Shown here: positions 10,849 through 20,111 of the stretch, in pieces | Position numbering within the stretch: the stretch's first letter is position 1 | Layout of the letters: the number at the start of each line of letters is the position of its first letter | Source of the DNA: Candidatus Hadarchaeota archaeon | GTDB lineage: Archaea; Hadarchaeota; Hadarchaeia; Hadarchaeales; JAGGTB01 | Length of the DNA: 64,000 bases | Direction: 5' to 3' | NCBI GenBank assembly: GCA_964384105.1 | Contig: CAYLJV010000003.1 | Coordinates: 32,001 to 96,000 of the forward strand | Notes under the pieces: model-generated | The model's input: the letters and a program-made list of their open reading frames with translations, nothing else | Told to the model about the DNA's origin: nothing | The model's database searches: none | Made by a program: the position numbers and the translations under genes

Positions 10849-11790
10849 TTATAAAATCTCTTCACCGAATCCTATTTCAAACTGATCCTGCAGGATCTCG
10901 TAAGCAGCTTCTGGAGGTATTATACCCTTGTCTGTTATAATCAAATCTATGTAGTCTGCAGGTGTGACATCGAATGCGGGGTTCCGGATTTTGACTCCTG
11001 GGAACTTTTCCGGATCGGCCACTTCCCGAGGGTCCCTTTCTTCGATTTCGATAAGCTCCCCGACTAGGGTGGATGGATGAAACTTAAAACTCTCCGCAGA
11101 AACAAAAACGACGACTCTAGCCTCGTGAGCTGCGAGAGCTATTTGTGATGTTCCTATCTTGTTAACTACCGCTCCATTGGCGGCTATACTATCCGCTCCA
11201 ACTATGACTTTGTCCATATCTTTCATGAAATGACGGGCCGCGGAGTCGACTATCAGGTTAACGGGAACTCCCTCTTTACTGAGTTCCTTGATTGTTATAT
11301 GCCCCTGATACCGGGGTCTAGCTTCGGTTGCGTAAACTTCTATATCTTTTCCCTGTTTGTGAGCATTTTTTATTATTTCTAGAGCATTGGAGCTGTTACA
11401 ATGTGTAATTATTTTATCTCCGTCCGATATGCGACGGGCTCCCATTTCTCCGATTCTTTTGGTGGCTTTTTTTGAATTTTCTATAAACTCTTCAGCTCTG
11501 GAAATGGTGTTTTCCTTGAGATCAGGTAAGCTTCTCGATTCAGAGAGTTCTTCAGCGTTTTTCATCACGAATCGAATTGCATTTGAAAGGGAAACGGCGG
11601 TAGGTCTGGTATCTGTGAGTCTTCGGGAAGATTTCTTTAGTTCATTCAGTAACTCTTTCGAAGTTTTTGCTCTGCTTTTTTCTGCGGTCAATTTCAACCC
11701 CGTTGCAGCAGCCCTAGCTATATCCCCGGCACCCCTAACCTCCATCTTTTTGATTTTCTGGGCGATATCTTCTACTTCAGAAATAACCAT
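10849..11790 (-). CDS. Ribose-1,5-bisphosphate isomerase (eIF2B-like)
   Basis: 'MEVRGAG', 'TRPTAVSL', catalytic 'THCNS', 'GADS', 'NKIGT', 'NPAFDVTP'; downstream of rbcL. Confidence 0.93.
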   Translation of the reverse strand: MVISEVEDIAQKIKKMEVRGAGDIARAAATGLKLTAEKSRAKTSKELLNELKKSSRRLTDTRPTAVSLSNAIRFVMKNAEELSESRSLPDLKENTISRAEEFIENSKKATKRIGEMGARRISDGDKIITHCNSSNALEIIKNAHKQGKDIEVYATEARPRYQGHITIKELSKEGVPVNLIVDSAARHFMKDMDKVIVGADSIAANGAVVNKIGTSQIALAAHEARVVVFVSAESFKFHPSTLVGELIEIEERDPREVADPEKFPGVKIRNPAFDVTPADYIDLIITDKGIIPPEAAYEILQDQFEIGFGEEIL

Positions 11791-11832
11791 TCTACCACAT
11801 CCTAGTTGACTGATTCAGATAGAAATAGCTTC

Positions 11833-13071
11833 CTATTTCCACTTTTCGAGAGCTTTTTTAAGCTCTTCGTGTTTTTTAGCATATTCCTGTGGCTCTATAT
11901 TCTGTATACACGCTTCCACTGTCTGTCTCATGGCCATAGCACCTTTTTCTGTCCCCTGAGGGTGGCCGTGAATACCTCCACCGGCCTGTATAACGAAGTC
12001 GGTCCCGAAGAATTCCATGAGGTCTTTTACGTGGCCGGGATGAAGTCCGCCCGAAGCTACGGGTAGCGTTCTTTCCAGCCCATGGAATTCTGATCTTAAA
12101 AAGTCGTAAATTTTGAGGGTTTCATCTTCGCCCCCTTCCATCTTTCCTACGACTGTCCCTGCATGAAGGTTATCAACTCCTACCATTCTAGCGAATTTAG
12201 CTATAGATAGCATAGATATTCCGTGATTTTTCAATCTGGTGTAAGCTGCATGTTGGGCCCTATGAGCATGAATTCCGATTTTCTTACCTTCTAAATATTC
12301 TCGCATTTCCTGTAAGGCTGACCAGCCAGCGGTGAGAATGTCTATCATGACGTATTCCCCGCCGTTCTCGATTACTAAATCTGCTCGTCTTTTCATCTCG
12401 CCTACAGGGGCGGTGATGTTTGGAAAATATATCTTTTTCTCGCCAGTTTTGTCTTCGGCTTTGTCTCTTTTGGCAAAGGTTCTGGAAATTCTATTCTCAA
12501 ATTTATTAAATTCCATACTGGCTAAGTTCTCATCATCCTTTACAATATCTAAACCACCGGACCAGGCTTTGTAGGCTACTTCCGAATGCTGTTTTTCGTT
12601 CAGGCCGAGTTTTGGTTTTACTATTGTGCCTAGGTGGGGTCTTTCTTCAACCCCGGTTAGGTCTTTGACCCCCCGTATTCCCAACTGGGGGCCGGGGAAC
12701 GCTTTGACTATCTTCTCAGTGAATTCTACATCTAGGAGTCTAAGGTTAGTCAGTTCTTTTAGACCAAATATATTCCCCGTTATGGAGCTTAATATTTGAG
12801 GTAGGTTTCCCGCTTCGAACAGTTCTTGGGGGTAAGCGACCTTTATTAGGCCGTTTTCTTCATCTGTCCAGAAAACCTTTGCGGCGAGATCTTCTATTCC
12901 CTTTCTCATTGTGGAAAGATTTGGATCCCATGTACCTATCGAGGATTCCGCAGCTATTGCCCCTGCTGCCCATTCGAAAGAGACAGAGGGGTCCTTTCTC
13001 AGTTTAAAATGGCAGATAACGTCGGTTTCTTTCTTCTTATATTCTCTGTCAAAATAGTCCTCATATCTCAT
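11833..13071 (-). CDS. rbcL: RuBisCO large subunit, form III
   Basis: 'AAESSIGTW', 'TIVKPKLGL', 'GLDIVKDDE', 'HAHRA', loop 6 'VVGKMEG', 'ASGGLH', 'QAGGGIHGHP'. Confidence 0.96.
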   Translation of the reverse strand: MRYEDYFDREYKKKETDVICHFKLRKDPSVSFEWAAGAIAAESSIGTWDPNLSTMRKGIEDLAAKVFWTDEENGLIKVAYPQELFEAGNLPQILSSITGNIFGLKELTNLRLLDVEFTEKIVKAFPGPQLGIRGVKDLTGVEERPHLGTIVKPKLGLNEKQHSEVAYKAWSGGLDIVKDDENLASMEFNKFENRISRTFAKRDKAEDKTGEKKIYFPNITAPVGEMKRRADLVIENGGEYVMIDILTAGWSALQEMREYLEGKKIGIHAHRAQHAAYTRLKNHGISMLSIAKFARMVGVDNLHAGTVVGKMEGGEDETLKIYDFLRSEFHGLERTLPVASGGLHPGHVKDLMEFFGTDFVIQAGGGIHGHPQGTEKGAMAMRQTVEACIQNIEPQEYAKKHEELKKALEKWK

Positions 13072-13168
13072 TTAGGAACCTGCTGTATACTTAGTAAAAA
13101 GTAAGGGTTAAGTTTTCGCCCGTTAATAGGAAAGAATTAATTGTCATTTTTACATTAAAGTTAATGTT

Positions 13169-14692
13169 ATGCTTCTTGAGAAGTTAAAGGCGAAGCCATT
13201 AGAAGCGGAAACCGGGCAATATTCAGTGGTAGTTCACGCTGAGGATTCAGGATCTTTAGGACTCAATGCTGGGGACCGTGTTGAGGTAGACTTCTTGAGC
13301 GAGGGCGTTGTGGCAGTAGTCGAAACGACTAATACTCTTGTTAGCCGGGGGGAGATTGGAACCTTTAATGAGGTTACGAAAGAGCTTGGCTTGAAAGAGG
13401 GGGATAAAATCTCCTTAGTTTCTGCTTCCACACCCAAGTCCGTGAAGTATATACAGAAGATGATGAAGGGTCAAGTATTGAGTGATAAAGAGATTCACGA
13501 AATAGTTAATGATATTGTCGAAAACAGACTAACTTCTTCCGAGATGACTGCTTTTTTAGTCACTGAGGAGATTCGAGGTATGTCTATGCAGGAGATAGCT
13601 GCTTTAACTCGAAGTATGGTCGAGACTGGTGAAACTATTGACCTCAAGAAGAAACCAGTACTCGACGTTCATAGCATAGGGGGAATCCCCGGAAACAAAT
13701 ATGCGTTTATTACTGTTCCGATAATTGCTGCATCTGGTCTGACTATTCCCAAAACGAGTAGTAGAGCTATTACCAGTCCCGCCGGCACTCCTGATATTAT
13801 GGAGTTGTTGGCAGATGTTTCTTTTAACCGAGAGGAAATAAGGGAGATAGTCAAAGAAACGGGTGGAATTTTGGCTTGGGGTGGAGCAGTCAATTTAGCA
13901 CCTGCTGATGATATTCTGGTTCGATTGGAGAGGCCTTTGGGAATAGACCCCAGAAGTCAGCTTCTCGCTAGTGTACTTTCTAAAAAACTCGCTATGAATT
14001 CGGATAAAATCCTCATCGATATACCTACAGGATTGGGGGCCAAGGCCGAAACGGATGAGGTGGCAGAGGACCTTGCACACGATTTTATGACTTTGGGACA
14101 TAAGCTGGGTGTCAGAGTTGAGGCGGCATTGACTTATGGAGGACAGCCTCTTGGCTATTGTGTGGGCCCAGGTCTTGAAGCAAGAGAGGCCTTAGAGACT
14201 CTGCAAGGTAATGGTCCTAATAGTTTGATCGAGAAGGCTACGAATCTAGCAGGTATTTTACTCGAAATGACTGGTTCGGCACCTCAGGGTGAAGGAAGTA
14301 GTAAAGCATTGAGTATCCTTGAATCCGGGAAGGCATACAAGAAAATGTTAGAAATTATAGAGGCTCAGGGAGGAGATCCAGAAGTCAATCCAGACGATCT
14401 TCCGCTCGGGGATAAAGTGGAAACCTTATCGGCTCCGAGAAGTGGCTACGTTAAGAGAGTTTATAATTCAAGTATTAAGGAGATAGCTCGAACGGCCGGA
14501 GCACCCAAGGATAAGGGTGCCGGTGTGAAATTATTGCATAAAGAAGGTCGAAAGGTTGAGAAAGGAGAGCCCATCTTAAAAATCTATGCAGATTATGAGA
14601 AAAAATTGAGTAATGCACTTGAAGTAGTAAATGAAAGTCCACCATTTAGGATAGAGAGTATGTTATTAAGAAGAATTTCGGGACCGAGCTAA
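13169..14692 (+). CDS. AMP phosphorylase
   Basis: N-terminal double-psi barrel, 'HSIGGIPGNK', 'KTSSRAITSPAGT', 'GAPKDKGAG'; divergent from rbcL. Confidence 0.93.
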   Translation: MLLEKLKAKPLEAETGQYSVVVHAEDSGSLGLNAGDRVEVDFLSEGVVAVVETTNTLVSRGEIGTFNEVTKELGLKEGDKISLVSASTPKSVKYIQKMMKGQVLSDKEIHEIVNDIVENRLTSSEMTAFLVTEEIRGMSMQEIAALTRSMVETGETIDLKKKPVLDVHSIGGIPGNKYAFITVPIIAASGLTIPKTSSRAITSPAGTPDIMELLADVSFNREEIREIVKETGGILAWGGAVNLAPADDILVRLERPLGIDPRSQLLASVLSKKLAMNSDKILIDIPTGLGAKAETDEVAEDLAHDFMTLGHKLGVRVEAALTYGGQPLGYCVGPGLEAREALETLQGNGPNSLIEKATNLAGILLEMTGSAPQGEGSSKALSILESGKAYKKMLEIIEAQGGDPEVNPDDLPLGDKVETLSAPRSGYVKRVYNSSIKEIARTAGAPKDKGAGVKLLHKEGRKVEKGEPILKIYADYEKKLSNALEVVNESPPFRIESMLLRRISGPS

Positions 14693-14717
14693 TTTATTAT
14701 TACGAATACAGTTGGGA

Positions 14718-15518
14718 TCAACTCGTTGTGATTATTTCTGCTTCTTCTTTTATTTTTTCTAAAAGAGATCCCGAAATCTTTGTTTTCTCTTTAATCTTCT
14801 CTGTTTCTTGATCCATCATTTCTTTTGCCAGTACTATGTTCGCTTTAAGTAACTTTTTTGCAGTTGAATCTTTCACGGATTTTAAGATAGTAACAGGATA
14901 GAGATTCTTTTTTTCAACGAGTTTTCTTAGACTTTCTTCTTTTGGATAATCCCAACTCGTTACTTTAATTCCCATACACTTTGCATATTTCTTGGCGTCT
15001 GAGGAACATTTGGTATTACACACAAGCCAAGCTCGGTTGAAATTCTCCTTTAGATCTAGGAATCGAGCGTAGGTGTACATCATTACCTTGAGTCCAGTAT
15101 AGATACCAGGGGCATTATGGAATTTACACTCTATAAGTGAAGTTGAATCTTCCTTATTTGCGATAACGTCAACTTCTTGAGGAACACACTTTCCCTTGAT
15201 AGTAGTGCCGACTTTAGTTTCGTAGCCATAATTCTGAAGCAGTCTAGCTACGAATTTCTCAAAGGGGAAACCGGTAGGTCCTAGATTCATAATAGCTTTT
15301 TTGAGAGTGTACTTCATTGCGGTGCTTGAGTTTTTCTCGAGAAAACTGAGAATTAATTCAAGTATCGTTTGTGTGGATATCCCTTCATATACCTCCCTTT
15401 CGACTTTACTGGCAATATCTTCAGCGAGTTCAGGGTTTGCTCCCGCTCTAAGGCATGTCCTTTTCACTTTATTCCTGTCAAATTCTTCTTTTTTTCCGGA
15501 GGCTTTTGTTACACGAAT
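14718..15518 (-). CDS. ATP-cone + Mrr-like PD-(D/E)xK restriction endonuclease domain protein
   Basis: The frame extends upstream of track start 15467 as IRVTKASGKKEEFDRNKV (ATP-cone start); nuclease motifs 'GFPFE', 'EVDV', 'IECKF'. Confidence 0.8.
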   Translation of the reverse strand: MRVTKASGKKEEFDRNKVKRTCLRAGANPELAEDIASKVEREVYEGISTQTILELILSFLEKNSSTAMKYTLKKAIMNLGPTGFPFEKFVARLLQNYGYETKVGTTIKGKCVPQEVDVIANKEDSTSLIECKFHNAPGIYTGLKVMMYTYARFLDLKENFNRAWLVCNTKCSSDAKKYAKCMGIKVTSWDYPKEESLRKLVEKKNLYPVTILKSVKDSTAKKLLKANIVLAKEMMDQETEKIKEKTKISGSLLEKIKEEAEIITTS

Positions 15519-15731
15519 TTTTTCACCATTCTGAGTATATGTATGAAATTAATTATTTTCTTATGTTTTTCTTTCTAAACAGTAGATGATTATGAGATAA
15601 TTAATAAAGAAGTAATTGCTGTCAATTTTTTATTTTTAAAGAATTATCATTCCATTTAGAACAGATGAAATTCGAAATAATATTTTTGGTTATTTAATTT
15701 TCCCAAATACGTTTTGAGAGGTAATAGACAT

Positions 15732-16496
15732 ATGAAACGGGGTGATAAGTCCTATAGATCCAAGAAAATACTTGAAGATCTCTATTGGAAAGAAGAAATG
15801 ACTATAAGAGATATTGCTGAAATGTTTGGGGTTTGTAATTCTACAATTCTTTATCAAATGGTAAAAAATGGAGTTAATAGGAGAAATAAGAATGTTAGAA
15901 TAAATGAGAGTTCCAATACCAATCACTTGAACTTGTCTGACCGCAAGGTAGAATTTATCGAGGGTAATTTATTGGGTGACGGGTCTATTTTCAAACACGG
16001 TAATATTTGCGCTAGATATGCTCATAGTGAAAAGAATAAGAAATTTCTAGAATGGCTTTCTCGCAAGCTTGATAATTTTGGTATTGAGCAGGTGGGATCT
16101 CTTAGAAAGAATGATTCTGAATTGGTTGAGGGAGTTACTTACCAATATTGGTCTAGGTCTTATGTAGAATTGACTGAGTTAAGGGAAAGATGGTATTCTT
16201 CTGGAATGAAGAGGATACCTCCAGATTTAGATATCACTCCAATTCGTCTTTTTAATTGGTATATTGGCGATGATAGCTTGTTTCCGAATGGCAGCTGTAA
16301 AATAGCGAGTACTCGCCCTGATTCTGAGTTGAAATTGATAAAGAATAAACTTGAAGATATTGGTATAACATGCTCTGTTACCTCAATGGGACTTTATATA
16401 TGGGTTGAGTCCAGTACAGATTTCTTTGAATATATTATCCGAAGTAATCTATATCCTCCTTGTTATTCCTACAAGTTCCCAGATTATTTCCAATAG
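15732..16496 (+). CDS. HTH + double-motif LAGLIDADG homing endonuclease-like protein, free-standing
   Basis: HTH 'LYWKEEMTIRDIAEMFGV..STI'; motifs 'IEGNLLGDGS' and 'LFNWYIGDDS'; ATG 15732 after GAGGT. Confidence 0.82.
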   Translation: MKRGDKSYRSKKILEDLYWKEEMTIRDIAEMFGVCNSTILYQMVKNGVNRRNKNVRINESSNTNHLNLSDRKVEFIEGNLLGDGSIFKHGNICARYAHSEKNKKFLEWLSRKLDNFGIEQVGSLRKNDSELVEGVTYQYWSRSYVELTELRERWYSSGMKRIPPDLDITPIRLFNWYIGDDSLFPNGSCKIASTRPDSELKLIKNKLEDIGITCSVTSMGLYIWVESSTDFFEYIIRSNLYPPCYSYKFPDYFQ

Positions 16497-16680
16497 AGAG
16501 TTATGAATAAATGGAACTTGTGCTTAATTATTCCTCATTATGATTTTAAGCCCGGAAAATAGATTAATTAGTATAAAAAATAACTGGTAACCATTAAATA
16601 TGTCATCCAGCTTATTAGTAGATAATAGATGGAAATTACTTATTAGAGAGTCATAATTAGGGAAAATAAAGGATTATCTG

Positions 16681-17178
16681 GTGATTTTTATTTCCAAAGA
16701 CGAACTTGAACAATTTGACAGGCCTTTTTCAGAGTTACTGGACGAGATGGCGGAGGGAATAGACCCTGGTGAAAGCAGACACTTTACGAGAAAAGGGCTT
16801 GGTAAAATCCTAGATCTGGGTATTTTGATTAGAAGAGGTTTCCAGGAGGCTTGGCAGTTCGTGGTCCTTATTCAAACTTTGTTTATATTTCTTGGTTTAT
16901 CTCCGCAGGTCAGTCAGGCTTTAAAACAGCTTGGTATTTCTATCTCGGGCACGACTATAGGAGTATTAGCTGTTTTTGGGATTGTTTTCCTTTTTATTTT
17001 CGGTCTAGTTCTATTGCTTTACGGAGGAACTCACAGATCGAATAGCCTGATAAGCGAGAAACAGAACCCAGCCCAGAGGATGAACTACTACTTCTACCGG
17101 GGAATGGCGAGGTGGGCCAGAAATGCCGATAGGAGACTAGAAAAGATTGAAAAGAAGCTAGAAAAACTGGAAAAATAG
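16681..17178 (+). CDS. Hypothetical 2-TM membrane protein with C-terminal coiled coil
   Basis: Two hydrophobic segments; ends 'RLEKIEKKLEKLEK'; start uncertain (GTG 16681 or ATT 16690). Confidence 0.6.
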   Translation: MIFISKDELEQFDRPFSELLDEMAEGIDPGESRHFTRKGLGKILDLGILIRRGFQEAWQFVVLIQTLFIFLGLSPQVSQALKQLGISISGTTIGVLAVFGIVFLFIFGLVLLLYGGTHRSNSLISEKQNPAQRMNYYFYRGMARWARNADRRLEKIEKKLEKLEK

Positions 17179-17253
17179 TTTTTACATGTGGTTTTAATTC
17201 TTTATCAACCTTTTAGTCTCTCATTTTTATAATCAGAAAAAAACAATCTTAAA

Positions 17254-17658
17254 ATGGTGGATAGAATGGAAACTTCATTAAAGAAGAGTATAAATGAAGT
17301 TCTTGAAACTATAAAGAGTATTGATAAGGACGAAAGGGTTCAATTTGTTATTTTGTATGGTTCAGTTTCCGAAGAGAGACAGTCGAGATCTTCAGATATA
17401 GACTTGGCCATTGGTTATGATGGAGATAGAGAAGAAAGATTCGATTTCAGGATTTCGATTTCAGGAAGATTGCCTGAAGTGTTTGATATTCAGATATTTC
17501 AAGATTTACCCCTCTATGTAAAGAAGGAAGTTTTGGGAGGGGACGTAATTTTTTTCCGAGACAAGAGAGAGTTGTATGATATCGCTTATGAAACCGTACA
17601 AGACTATGAGTTCTTTGAACCTTTATTTTTAGATTATATACGGAGAGAGAGATCATGA
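17254..17658 (+). CDS. Minimal nucleotidyltransferase (MNT) antitoxin
   Basis: GS-x10-DxD motif 'YGSVSEERQSRSSDIDL'; ATGA overlap with the HEPN gene. Confidence 0.9.
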   Translation: MVDRMETSLKKSINEVLETIKSIDKDERVQFVILYGSVSEERQSRSSDIDLAIGYDGDREERFDFRISISGRLPEVFDIQIFQDLPLYVKKEVLGGDVIFFRDKRELYDIAYETVQDYEFFEPLFLDYIRRERS

Positions 17659-18068
17659 GAAAAAAATTGATATTGACAAAGATACGAGAAATTGAAGAAA
17701 GTCTTAAAGTCATAGAAGAACACCTTCCGGAGAATTTAGAAACTTTTAGTGAAATGGGCTTATCGAAGGATGGGATTTATAAGCATACGGAGTTCTGCAT
17801 TCAAGAAGTAATCGACATTTGCTCTATAATAAATTCTGATTTGGAATTTGGCATTCCTGATAGTGAATCTAGTGTCATAGATAATCTTGTTGAAAATAAT
17901 GTTTTGAACAAAGAACTTGGAATGAAAATAAAGCGAATGAGAGGTTTTAGGAATGTTTTAGTACACCGATATGGTCGTATAGATGATAAACAGGCTTTCA
18001 AAAGTATAAGGAACGGAATTGAGGATTTCAAGACTTTTATACGAGAGATTGATAAATTAATATCCTAG
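17655..18068 (+). CDS. HEPN (DUF86/HepT-like) RNase toxin
   Basis: R-x4-H-x-Y motif 'GFRNVLVHRY'. Confidence 0.9.
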   Translation: MRKKLILTKIREIEESLKVIEEHLPENLETFSEMGLSKDGIYKHTEFCIQEVIDICSIINSDLEFGIPDSESSVIDNLVENNVLNKELGMKIKRMRGFRNVLVHRYGRIDDKQAFKSIRNGIEDFKTFIREIDKLIS

Positions 18069-18091
18069 TTTTTAGATAATTACTAAAAATT

Positions 18092-18610
18092 TTATATTTT
18101 CTTGATTACTTTCTTGGCGAGTTCCTTTGGATTTTCGCTTGAAATAATTTTTTCTTTTGATTCATTTATTTTTTTAGTCAGTCTCTCAAATTCAGCCGAT
18201 ATTCCGGGAACATTTTTTAGTAAACCTATAATCTTACCTTCCGCATGGGCTATGGTCAGTTCATTTAAAGTTCCGAAACCGCCAGAAACAGCAATTACGG
18301 CATCGCAACTTCTAATTAGTATTACGTTTCTTCCTTTGAGTCCAAATCCAGTATATATTATCAAATCATGATTTTCTACTGGGTAACCATATTTTTCTAT
18401 ATGTTCTTTTTCATTGGAGGCGGGCGATATACCGATGGTAGTGCCCTCTCCTTCTTTAGCACCTTTAACTGCAGCGTAGGGTATCCCTGTACATCCGCCC
18501 GTGAGAAGATTGCATTTATTTTTAGCGATTTCCGCACCAATGGTTTTCGCTTTTTTTAAACCTTCTTTTTCGACTTCAGATGATCCTATAACTCCCACTT
18601 TTTTCTTCAT
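18092..18610 (-). CDS. LOG/SLOG family protein (TIGR00725-like)
   Basis: 'VGVIGS', 'LTGGCTG', 'TIGISP', 'GRNVIL', 'GGFGTLNE'. Confidence 0.85.
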   Translation of the reverse strand: MKKKVGVIGSSEVEKEGLKKAKTIGAEIAKNKCNLLTGGCTGIPYAAVKGAKEGEGTTIGISPASNEKEHIEKYGYPVENHDLIIYTGFGLKGRNVILIRSCDAVIAVSGGFGTLNELTIAHAEGKIIGLLKNVPGISAEFERLTKKINESKEKIISSENPKELAKKVIKKI

Positions 18611-18859
18611 TTAGTCTCCTGTTTTGTTTTGTGATCTCGACTTTTCATTTTTTCTTTTTGATTCCAAATCCAATTTCTAAAGGGGGATAAAATTAGCTCC
18701 TTATCCTTATTTTTCCTTAATAAAACCCCTTTTTTTCGATAGATTAAAAAGTAACCCCTAGTATGATTTTTGGAGGCAAATTAACTGGTTTGTCTTTCAC
18801 ATGTTTCCAGTATCCGTTGATATACGCGGTTGTTGGAACCGATTTGGAGGTGAGATCTC

Positions 18860-19309
18860 ATGAAACTAAGAAAAGGTCTTGATTTAGGCGAGTCTGGTCA
18901 GGAGCCAACGGTCATGAAAATATTGGTTGGTATCATACTTGTTGCAATAGGATTGGGAATAGGGGTTACTGTATACCAAAAATTTGGTGGTGCTGCTACA
19001 GAGTATCTGGACTATGATGTGACGGTTACACCTGAGGCGGCTACTGCCTCTATAGGTGAAAGTGAAATCGTTGAAGTTGATGTTAGAACTAATGTCGGTT
19101 TTGAGGAAGAGGTCAATCTGAATGCCACCGGAATCCCGAAAAATGTCCAAGTGAATTTTAATCCATCCGATGGAATTCCCAGTTTTGGTTCAACCATGAA
19201 TGTCAATTTGTTAGAAGGAGCTCCTTTGGGGACCCATACGATAACGATCAAAGCCGATTCAGGCGACATGGAGAAGACAGCGACCTATAGTCTAACGATT
19301 GAAGAGTGA
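18860..19309 (+). CDS. Putative pilin-like surface protein with Ig-like domain
   Basis: Class III-like leader 'GESG|QEPTVMKILVGIILVAIGLG' followed by a beta-rich domain; GGAGGTGA SD. Confidence 0.55.
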   Translation: MKLRKGLDLGESGQEPTVMKILVGIILVAIGLGIGVTVYQKFGGAATEYLDYDVTVTPEAATASIGESEIVEVDVRTNVGFEEEVNLNATGIPKNVQVNFNPSDGIPSFGSTMNVNLLEGAPLGTHTITIKADSGDMEKTATYSLTIEE

Positions 19310-19674
19310 TTCTTGTGTATTCTATGAAAATGCTCGGCTTAGTGGTTCTTGCTACAACTTGTTTGGTGGCTTTTCTGGGGGGGCACGAGTACTTTCAAAA
19401 CCTTTCCGCTTCTCAAAGACTCAGAAATGAAGCTTATGAAATAAATGAAGATATTGAGCACGTAATAATAACAGGCGGGAGTAGAACAGTAGAGGTGAAT
19501 ATACCCAGAGGGTTTACTCTGAATTTTAAATCAAACAAATTGGTAACCTCTGAAGTTAGTATTCCTGAAAACGGGTATGATATGGAAGTTGTGGGGCCAA
19601 AGATTGGATTCGGGAAACATTCTTTGAGAATTTTCATTGAAAACGGTACTGTAAAAGTGAGTGAGATCGACTGA
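19306..19674 (+). CDS. Small N-terminally anchored protein (minor pilin-like)
   Basis: N-terminal hydrophobic helix, amphipathic helix, then 'GSRTVEVNIP' beta strand; coupled to neighbours. Confidence 0.5.
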   Translation: MILVYSMKMLGLVVLATTCLVAFLGGHEYFQNLSASQRLRNEAYEINEDIEHVIITGGSRTVEVNIPRGFTLNFKSNKLVTSEVSIPENGYDMEVVGPKIGFGKHSLRIFIENGTVKVSEID

Positions 19675-20111
19675 TGGACATAACTAGGATACTTCGCGTT
19701 CTCTTAACTATAATTTTGGTAGTCTCTTTCATTGGAGTCACGATTGTCGCTTATCGGCAAAATCAGGATGTTAAGGCGATGGCCTACCTTTCTGATGCAA
19801 CTACTAGTATTGCAACAAAATTAACTTCAGAAAAGTTGGCTTGGAATGATGAAGAGGATGTTCTTCATCCATTTGTGCTGGACTCTGATAAGCTAGATAA
19901 TCTGAACTATGCTATGATTGTGGCTGGAGAGAACTTCGTTTTTCAGGTACAAATAATATATTTGAAAAATGGTTCCGAGGAAGTGATCGAAAATTTTGGT
20001 AAAAGCGTTCCATCAGACGAGACCACATGTGCTCTTTCTTTACCCGCGACACTCTACAGGAGGGGTTTAATAGTACCTGCGAAATTGAAGGTGATAAGTT
20101 GGAGGGGCTAA
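19674..20111 (+). CDS. Small N-terminally anchored protein (minor pilin-like)
   Basis: TGATG coupling; N-terminal TM; ends 'KLKVISW'. Confidence 0.5.
   Translation: MDITRILRVLLTIILVVSFIGVTIVAYRQNQDVKAMAYLSDATTSIATKLTSEKLAWNDEEDVLHPFVLDSDKLDNLNYAMIVAGENFVFQVQIIYLKNGSEEVIENFGKSVPSDETTCALSLPATLYRRGLIVPAKLKVISWRG

Noticed and set aside
15732-16496. Intein or intron-encoded status of the LAGLIDADG ORF
   Set aside because: No splicing termini or interrupted host gene visible
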